Shown here one piece after another: positions 54,278 through 64,000 of a DNA stretch of 64,000 nucleotides. The notes below the pieces were generated by a model, which did no database searches, was not told the DNA's origin, and saw only the letters and a program-made list of their open reading frames with translations. The DNA is from Octopus sinensis. Taxonomy: Eukaryota. A program made the position numbers and the translations under genes. Position 1 is the stretch's first letter; the number at the start of each line of letters is the position of its first letter. The stretch covers positions 49,786,001-49,850,000 of the forward strand of contig NC_042998.1 of NCBI RefSeq assembly GCF_006345805.1. The letters run 5' to 3'.

Positions 54278-54598
54278 CAGTTGCGGCCAAAATGTTCAGA
54301 ACGGCATTGTTTTCGTCAGAAAAGTAGGTATAAGTTTTTACCAAAGTTGTTTTATATTCTATAATTTTCACCGACAATAAATACGATATTATTAGTTATT
54401 GTCAGAGATTTTGGTGTTATTTGAGAGGATAATACAAAAGTTATGGATGATTTAGTGATTTACTGCAAAACCCAAAGCGGCCAAAATGATCAGAACGGCT
54501 GCTTTTACTCCATGTTTTAGTATATTTAACTGTCGATCTCTAATGTTTTGAATTTGTTTACGTGACAGTTCATTTACTAAAAATTAGTAAGAATATCC
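54278..54598 (+). mobile_element. Truncated second copy of the same Tc1 (5' TIR plus leader)
   Basis: Matches the reverse complement of ~52775-53097; preceded by TA. Confidence 0.9.
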
Positions 54599-54787
54599 GC
54601 TTGACAACCGGTGTGAATGTGCTCGCAACCCTGTAACTGAGCAGTACAGCAATAAATAAACCGATAGAATAAGTACCAGGCCACACAAATACACGCACAA
54701 AACAAAAAAAAGTTCTGGGGTCGATCTATTCACCTAAAAATTCTTCAAGGCCGTGCGCAAGCATGGCCGCAGTCTAATGACCGAAAC

Positions 54788-54790
<3 letters not shown>
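54599..54790 (+). mobile_element. Type C SINE 3' tail fragment
   Basis: GCTTGACAACCG...GGGGTCGAT...GCATGGCCGCAGTCTAATGACCGAAAC. Confidence 0.8.
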
Positions 54791-54852
<62 letters not shown>

Positions 54853-55084
54853 CAAATACGGCGTAAGACAGAAAAAATCACCCTTACCTCCCCGAGACTG
54901 AAACGACGCCCGTATCACTTGCTGCGTGCACGTGCTGTCGATTGGAATAATCTAAACAATTACATCTATAGAAACGAAACCTATAAACACTTTTTCATGA
55001 ATAAGCTTTCAATCTAGTCACCTTTCATGTAACATAAATATCGTGTACAATTTAGCAGCTACTTGCCACACACACACACATACA

Positions 55085-55191
<107 letters not shown>

Positions 55192-55258
55192 TATTCATAT
55201 ATATATTCATATATATATATATATATATATATATCTAATATAATATAATATTATATAT

Positions 55259-55369
<111 letters not shown>

Positions 55370-57406
55370 TTACGTGAGTACACGTATACCCACTCACATA
55401 TGCTTAGTAATTTAACTGGCTAGTTATAGCACGCACCCAAATCTGTTTTAAATCTTGCCATGCTATATTAAAAATAGACTTATTAGTTAATGTATTCCAA
55501 TATACCTTATGTTTAAAATAGGATGAGGTGGTCACCATTGGAACGCTTTTAATCATAGGTTATTTAGTCAGAGCTGTTATTGGACAATATCAGCACGAAC
55601 GATGATTTATATGAATATAGATGCACAAAGAAAAAATACACAAACGCTCACACTCACATATACATGTACACACAAAATACATATATATATACATACATGT
55701 ACAAGAGCACACCCACAAGTGTCCACACACACACACATAAATATATATATATATGATCACATATATATGCATGCAAATATATATATACATATACACAAGC
55801 GCATACATTTGTATGTATGTATATATATATGTAAATATATATATATATACATACACATACATACATGAATACTTACATACATACACATACATACATGAAT
55901 ACACCTCATCCCCCACCGACACATATATACAGTTACAGAGACATAAAACTTAAAACATAAAGAATGGGTTTCTCTGCTGATTAATTCTGTTTGGTCAACT
56001 TGTACAAACAGACCGAAATCTACTATCAGCGGAAAAGATTAAAGACCAGTGTATAAATAAATTGAATGTATGCCGTATAGATAATATATCAACTGCGCTT
56101 ACAGTATCAAATTGGATTATCGTTTATATTCAGGACTATTTTATGTCCATTTTTACTATCAAATACGATGTTTGGCTATAATAGACTATACATATAATTA
56201 TTTTTGTCTGCTTCATCATCATGATCACTGAAGTTATCATTGATTTAAATAGCCATTTACATACTTGTGGTGTTTCTTGACAGTTTTGTTACAAAGCAAT
56301 TTTGACTGTGTTATTATTAACTGTGCAAGAACGCCATCAAGAAAAGTAAGGTAAACTTTTGACTTTGTGATTTTACTGAACACATATTTAGCCTTCCGCA
56401 TGGGGAAAAAAGAATAAGAAAAAAAAAAAAGAAGTTCTTATGTGGGATGTGTATTAAATAATTTTACGTCGTTTCAAAGCCATAAACCGTAAAATAGAGC
56501 GAAGGTGTTTTTATACTGATTAATATTGTTTGACTAACTTCTATAAGAAGATCGAAACCTACTTAATATTTATCGACAGATACATATACGATAAATATGT
56601 CATACAGATAAAGTTTTTACTCTAGAGCTGCTTCTATTGCATAATTTGAATTTCATTCAGCTTGAACTGCGTTTCTGCAAACCAGTATATTGAATATACA
56701 GTCTCTATATACTACAGACTGACTAATTCGACAACGTTTCGAAAGTGACACAAACACGTGACATCGTGGGACGATTTCGTTTCGCTTGGCTCTGAACTAT
56801 ATTGTGTTTTTTAACACAATATGTCTACAAGGGGTATTATTTCCCGACCAGAATCTGTAGCTTCTGGCCTTTCAAAATTACGCAGGCGTTAAATATATCA
56901 TGTAGATTAAGATTTTACTGTCATGTGCGATTTCTAACACTAGAGTAAAAATACCTTTTATTGATTGGCTGCTTGTTCATGTTAATGATATCACACCATC
57001 TTGTATGAAATTAATGTTAAACCTTTAATTAATAGAGAAACACTATTTTTTAAAAGTATTTAATGTTATTTTAATTTATCAAATATTTTATAGTGAAAGT
57101 GTATTTTATCATTTTTTTTTCCCAACAAACATTTGAAATGTTGCAAAAGTATATAACACTCTTGTATTCAGACACACACACGCGCGCGCGCGCGCAAGCA
57201 CGCACGCAAGCCTCTTCCTACACATATAATTTTTTACCTCTTTATCCTCTCGTAAAGAAGCACTTCGTCGCTTATCATGAACATCATATGAACCGGTATA
57301 TAATAAGCAAGAGCGGTGCTTGTTGTTCGTTGCGTTAGCTAAAAGCTAATTTCTCTCTCTCCCTCTCTCTGTCTCTGTCTATCTGTTTGTCTGCCTGTCT
57401 GTCTGC

Positions 57407-57453
<47 letters not shown>

Positions 57454-58469
57454 AGATAAGATAACCTGTTGATAAACAGCGCATTTAGAGTGATGAACAA
57501 ATCAGATAATTGCAGTTCTACGTGTCTCTATACAAACAGGATGATTACAGTTCAAACGCCTTGATCATAGGCTGCCCGATCAGGTTTGTTCTGGCGCGAA
57601 GCAATAACAAAAGCGATCAATAAATCAATGGGCTTTCTGTATGTGATCTGTATACCAACGTGATCAGTATCTACTTCATTGGTGATCTAAAGATTTCCCC
57701 TGGAAATATTCACAATTCTAAGAAACAGCTGGTTTTAATGACTACCACTGAAAACATAATAGTTACCAAATGAATTTTGCTCAGAATTTACAAATGAATT
57801 TTGCTCAGAATTTACAAATGAATTTATAAATGAATTAACAAACAGATGAACGCAGTCAGTGTAACTTGTGGAGCATACAACGCAGTAATATCATTGGAAA
57901 TGTTGAATTGTCAATAATTATAAATACGATAATATTAAAATGTTAAAATTAAAATTTTGTCAACGTTATCAGGTTACAAATCATTACGATCAATTTTGTC
58001 ATGAGATGTTGGTATTCCTCATAGAGACATTACTTAATGTAATTCTTATACTCGTAAAAGATCTAATCATATAAATCTCTTTCCTTTTGCAGTAAACATA
58101 GAAAAGAAACTGAAATATTACGTAATTCTTGATAATAAAGAGTAACAAATATCTGTGTGGCTAGTCTTAAATTACATCTAATTCACAATGAAGTATGTGC
58201 GGTCATTGATAGCAAAAACCACTTAATGGAAGTTTCCACAGAAATAATTTTGCTATACTTTATCTCGGAAAGATATGCATAAGAAGATTACGACTATTCC
58301 TGGTGGCCTTTGATTATCATATGGTACAATCCGGACAGCTTCTGTTAAATAATGAACCAAAGAGAGAGGTTCTAGTCGCTTGCTCCCCCTGCTTGCAATA
58401 GAATTAAATTCCTTTAAATCCTGCATTACTCTCTTAAAAAAGGAAGAATTCATTCTGGACAATGCAGGT

Positions 58470-58506
<37 letters not shown>

Positions 58507-59109
58507 AATAGACGCAAGAGGAATGTCTTTGATCATAGATATGTTTAATCGGGGATGGCTTAGCTCAAAACAGCACCAACAGTAATTGTAAGTACATCTT
58601 GTGTTTACAAGTAGAGAAATCAGCGACAATCGATTCTGGTGTAAACTATTCAAGAAACATTTCCTTATTTAAGTGGACCAATAACGGCATCTTTCTCACC
58701 TGTTTCATATAGACTACAAGGGCCGTGGACTGTAACCCTTCCTCCATACTCAACAAATAAAAGAAATGTGATACCAGAACTACAGATCAAATTGACCCAA
58801 CAGAGACACGGACGAGAAAGAATCCATGTCAACAAAATGCACTAACATTTTCATAATAAATTTGGTAATTGTGCTAACATGGATACATGGTGTAGTTGCT
58901 TCTCGTGAATTGATGACTTTAAGTCAAGAATTTATAACCCACAGAAACAGACAGCAACAAAATAGTCGTTGAGTAAAAGGAAGTCATCCGCTTAAATCTA
59001 CTAACAGTGATTAAAGATGTTATCTCATGTTCAAAAAAACGAAATAAATAACAAGTAATGAAATAAATAACTGTCAAAAATATTACCAAGATGTTCTTAT
59101 AGGGAATGT

Positions 59110-59325
59110 TGCTGATTTCAAATTTTGCCACAAGGCCAGCAATTTCGGAGAAGGAGGCAAGTCGATTACATCGGTCCCACTACTCAATCGATACTTATTT
59201 CATCGAACCCGAAAGGTTGAAAGGCAAAGTCGACCTCGGCGGAATATGAACTCAGAACGTGTAGACGGACAATATTGCCGCTAAGCATTTCGTCAGGTGT
59301 GCTAACGATCTGCCAGCTCACGGCC
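59110..59325 (-). mobile_element. Type M SINE
   Basis: Reverse-complement head, core and tail. Confidence 0.85.
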
Positions 59326-61500
59326 TTAACTAATTTCGAAATATTAAGCAATGTTATTTTTCAGCAAAAATTGCTCTGTAAAATATATTTATATTTATAT
59401 AATATAATTTTTCGATGTTTGATACATTCAAATATTTCAACTGTAGGAATATTAGTAGAACATTCATATCAAAATATATGTCATATACAAACACAACATG
59501 TGCTGCTCCCAGCTCCAAATAAAAAACGAAAATGAAACCATTACTTCTACTGAGGTTAGTAGTCCTTAGAAGAAAGACGTTTCCTTCAAAATCAGTAAGT
59601 CCTTAAGCTTCAAAATCAGCTTATGGATTTGCAGTTTTTACTCATCAGAAATTCACATTGGTGTTTGTAATTAATGGTATACAGGATTATGTTACATCAT
59701 GTTTCAGTAATAATTTCAATAATTATTTTATTTCAGACAAAGGAAAATATATAACATCTCCACAAATGCAATGTGTAGATACAACAATGAAAATATATAT
59801 AAAAAAGAAAAACTGTTGTTGATGTCCAAATGTTAATGAAGACTTTGTTAATAAGGAAGCAGGCACTTTAGAGGATAAATTTGATGAATTACGTAAAGAA
59901 GAAAGCATTCAAACCCTATTTTCTGCTAAACAAGTTGACGTATTATATAGTAGAAACACGCAGTGAAATCATTAAACATCATCCTTATCTTTCCAAATCT
60001 TGCTGCTTTTTATATGAAGTTTTTGGTCCTCTAAAATCAGTTTGGTTTTTAAGTCGACTTGTGTATTTTGCCTTGAAAAATTCGGCTTATGTGGTGGAAA
60101 ATATGGTGCATTGTTTGGTAAACCTTTGTGAAGATTCTGTGATATTAAAGTCATGTACTTGCTATTGCAAATGCCATACTTTCTTACAGATAGCTACTTG
60201 TACTGAGAATCAGTTTAAAAATCAAATTTAAAATGTTTCATGATTCTGAGGTAAGTATAGATTTAGGAAGTGTCTTTTTTCCTCGATGCTTGATGAATCT
60301 CTTTCTATACTTAGAATTTGAATCTGCATCAGCAGATTGTTAGCTGCATTTTATTGTGTTTAAGGAAACGAACTTTGAGATGCTCTTGAGATATAAAAAG
60401 AACTGATTGCTTTTCGGTTTTTGAGTGTTATGGATAACTGATAAACATTGTTGACCTGAATCGCATCAAAACTAATTTTTGGAGAAAATATTATTAGTGA
60501 GGAAGTCAACTAATTCATCACTCACGCATAACAAAATATTGTGACTAGAAACACAGAAAAATATACAATTTTATATACACATTAACGTATACCTTTATAT
60601 ATATTAATATTAAATAGATATATTAATATATATACCTTTGACCTAAAAATTAATCAATATACTATTCATCTAATATTATCGAGAGAAATAAAAATGAAGT
60701 TAATTACTTGACGATATATTAATCTTACGATGTAATTAGCTGTTATTATGGCAGAGAAAGACACACTTGAAAGCGTGATGAACATGAGTTTCACTAAGGC
60801 AAAAGTGATGTTGCGTAATGAAAATAATTACAAGCTGGAACTGAAACCAATTCAGAGATGTTTCTATCTGCTATTATATTAACTCTGCCTAGTAACAGTC
60901 ATCATATACCTAAGATATAAATCATTGCTAAGACATTCTATAGGCAGCGACGTTTTATCAGACTGTTGAATCATGTTATATAATATCTTTAAGCATGGAA
61001 CATCATTTCTCTTCTTCCTACAATTAAAAAGAAAAAAAAAACAACCCAACTCACTATCTAATTCTGGAATTGGCGTTTAGCATTACATTATCACAACTTC
61101 TTACAGAAACAACTATTTTATCGGAGCAGGATTAGGAATTATGAAATGTTACTTGATGCCTAAGGATTAAGTAATCATTAAAGATTTATGACAATTTACT
61201 ATATAGACAGGTGTAAAGTTGTGAAGGTGTTTATATATGATATTTACTTATTTGCCTCTGTGCATATTTCATTGTTGCTGTAAAGCCGGAAAAACACTTT
61301 TATGACTACCTGTAAGCATACAAATTATATATATAACTTACCAATTATATATATATACAACGACCTCGAACCCACAAGAGTAAACAAGAGAGACAGAGAA
61401 AGGCAGAAACAAGGAAAATGCCACTTATATTTGAACACTATACAAATATTCTTTAAAAAAACTTTTCTTTTAAATTTTCTAAATTTAATTATTTAATTGT

Positions 61501-61541
61501 TACAGTTGAAAAGGTGTCAATGACTGAAACCGGTACTGGAA
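61501..61541 (+). ncRNA. Minimal type I hammerhead ribozyme, U3-A8 core variant (slightly decayed)
   Basis: TACAG-TTGAAAA-GGTGTC(AAT)GACT-GAAA-CCGG-TA-CTGGA. Confidence 0.65.
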
Positions 61542-61682
61542 TGTTCTTTATTAAATTATTTTACCATTTTCTATCTTGATTTGTTTTTTCATATATATAT
61601 AGACATACACACAGATACATACATGTGTATGTGTGCGTATGTGTGTGTGTGCTTTACTCTATCTGTTTGTATGTATACACAC

Positions 61683-61713
<31 letters not shown>

Positions 61714-61859
61714 TACAAACAAGTACACAAACACACAAACATATGAGGAAGGATAAATTAGACATTATTGTCCTAAACATGATGGTCAGTACAGACTGGT
61801 CATTGCTGGATCGCTTCTGACCATAGAGCTTATCCTTCAGAGTTGACCTCAATCAAAAA

Positions 61860-61943
61860 CAACAACAGCTGCTGCTACTACTACTACTACTACTACTACT
61901 ACTAACTACTACTACTACTACTACTACTACAGATAATAATAAC

Positions 61944-62009
<66 letters not shown>

Positions 62010-62050
62010 TAATTACGATGACAGCAACAACTACAACTACGATGACGATA
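61860..62050. repeat. (CTA)n/(TAA)n microsatellite
   Basis: Direct reading. Confidence 0.95.
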
Positions 62051-62801
62051 ATATCAAGAGTAAAAAACAGAAAGTGCTATTTTCCTGGTATTTCTTCAGT
62101 AGCACCTCTGATAACATTGCGTCATGTGTTATGTATTTTGGAAAGAAACACAAAAAATATCAAGAGATGCTCATCAATTTTCCACTATCTTTTTCCCAAT
62201 AAATTAGCAATAAAGGTGTGGGCAAACCTTAACTTTATTATAGTTGCAGGTTAGGAAAAAAAAAAACTCAATAATCTTGGATAACGTGAGAATATAAATG
62301 AAAATAATGATACTTAGCGGTAAAGACAGGGGAAGAGGAGAAACTGTAATGAGATATGAGCGCTATCTGATGGATCTGATATATGTTTTGATAAGGAAAA
62401 TTTTTTAAAATATATTTTTTACATATATATATTCATACCGTTGTTTTTAACGTTGAACATTCATTTTGTGTAAATGTTAATTTAATTTTAATCCAGCTAA
62501 AGGAGACAATTTTTTTCGAAAAAATGTTCATGCTCAAACACACACACATACTCACGCTCTCATACACACACACAGTCGCATACATTAATATGAAATACAC
62601 ATGTATATGTGTGTGTGTGTGTGTGTGTGTTTGTATGTGCGTGTGTGCATGCGCGCGCGTGTATGATATAATCTCATGCGCGTATAACCAGAAAACATAT
62701 ATGTACATAATTATGTACGCGTATGTCTATACGTATGCTTATAAATGTATGTAGTTGAATATGCGTATATGTGTTTGTGTACGTGTGTGTGTGCAAACAT
62801 A

Positions 62802-64000
62802 TCAGGTCATCTCATAAGTTCTGTCCGAATTTTAAATAAAGAAAACAAGCGATCAAATGTTATATTTAATTGAAATTTAATCATCAATATATTTTCCCTG
62901 ATTATCTATGACATCCACCTATCTGTTTACAAGCTTTTTAATCCCATCAGTGTAAAACTCTTTTGGTTTCAAAGCGAAGAACTCTGAAATATCAGTTTCG
63001 ACCTCCTCCTGGCTTGCGAAAGTTATATCCCTCAAATGATTCTGTAAACTACAAAACAAATGGTAGTCTGAAGGGGTAAGGTGGATGAGGAATGTTTTCC
63101 CCAACAAAGCTCTTCGATCTTCTGTAATGAGATCTTTGCAGTGTGGAGTCGAGCATTGTCCTGATGAAACATCACTCTTTTTCGATTCACTAAAGCGGGA
63201 TTTTTTTTCTTCAAAGCTTGGTTCAAACGCTCTAATTGCTGACAGTAGACATGAGCATTGATTGTTGCATTAGGTGGTAACAATTCGAAGTTAATTACTC
63301 CTTTGCAATCCCACCAGATAGAGAGAACCTTTTTTCCCCTGAAGTTCCCTTCTCGGTTGTGGTTGAGCTTTTTCCCTTTTACTAAGCCACTGTTTACGAC
63401 ATTTAACATTTCGCTAGAAATCCATCTTTCGTCACCGGTCACAAGTCTATCCAAAAAGGTGAAATGAGTTCGTGAGAATGGAGAGAAGAGCAGATGTTAA
63501 CTCAAGATTTGCGGTTGCTTTCAGACAATTCATGAGGCATCCATTTTCCAAGTTGAAGATGACGATGAACGGTTGTATGGTTTGAACTAAGCTTTATTGC
63601 CAATTCTTCAACTGATAATGCAGGATTTTCTTCAAGTAATGCCTCAACGAGCTTATCATCAAACCTAACTGGACGTCCTATTCGATCTTCATCTTCAAGG
63701 CTGAAATCTCCACTTCTGAATTTTGCAAACCATCTTCTGCAAGTTCTTTTATTCAAGTATTCTTTCCCGTAAACTGAGTGTATATTTAGAGTCGTTTCGG
63801 CTGCAGAGTTTCCTTTTCTGTACTCATAAAGCATTATGTGCTTTAAATGCTCTTTGGATACTTCCATGTTAGAAAGGGTTTTAATCAAATAAATTTTAAT
63901 TCTATTATTCTGTAAAATAATATTTAATTAGTTTAAACGTACACAAATGCATAAAAATGATTTTTAATTCCATTAGACATTCTAAAATACCATTAAATTT
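62802..64000 (-). mobile_element. Mariner (DD34D-type) transposon, frameshifted; other TIR lies beyond the window
   Basis: TA|TCAGGTC.. terminus; HTH region (TCRRWFAKFRSGDFSLED), WMPHEL, LVTGDERWI, FHQDNARLH and PSDYHLF motifs. Confidence 0.93.

Noticed and set aside
58253-58462. 69-aa minus-strand ORF
   Set aside because: No recognisable homology or convincing splice sites.

Overview
Eukaryotic, very AT-rich, microsatellite-dense DNA with no recognisable intact host protein-coding gene. The SINE families and the (TA)n/(TACA)n/(TATC)n/(TTA)n load suggest an octopus (coleoid cephalopod) genome; this is an inference from remembered repeat families. A 100-N scaffold gap lies at 36587-36686. Bases 1-12.6 kb are a same-strand pile-up of R4/Dong-type RLE non-LTR retrotransposons (five pieces, about four families) mostly separated by (TTA)n-type arrays, plus a SINE cluster duplicated in tandem (~1.14 kb unit) that contains a perfect 102-bp (TAA)17(TTA)17 palindrome. 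The rest holds many tRNA-headed SINEs of three types, a decayed CR1-group LINE, RTE and Penelope fragments, a head-to-tail Helitron dimer, a Helentron-type HINE, a full-length frameshifted IR/DR Tc1 element and a mariner cut by the window edge. The most interesting signals are several hammerhead-ribozyme motifs. Three are minimal type I motifs with a palindromic ACCGGT stem III and the compensatory U3-A8 core variant (UUGAAAA), next to (TA)n arrays. One has a canonical core inside a long hairpin at 30.3 kb. Also notable are a 3' tail motif shared between one SINE family and the CR1-group LINEs, and a ~445-bp TAA-embedded element that could be a Dong-mobilised passenger. Element boundaries are read by eye and are approximate unless stated.
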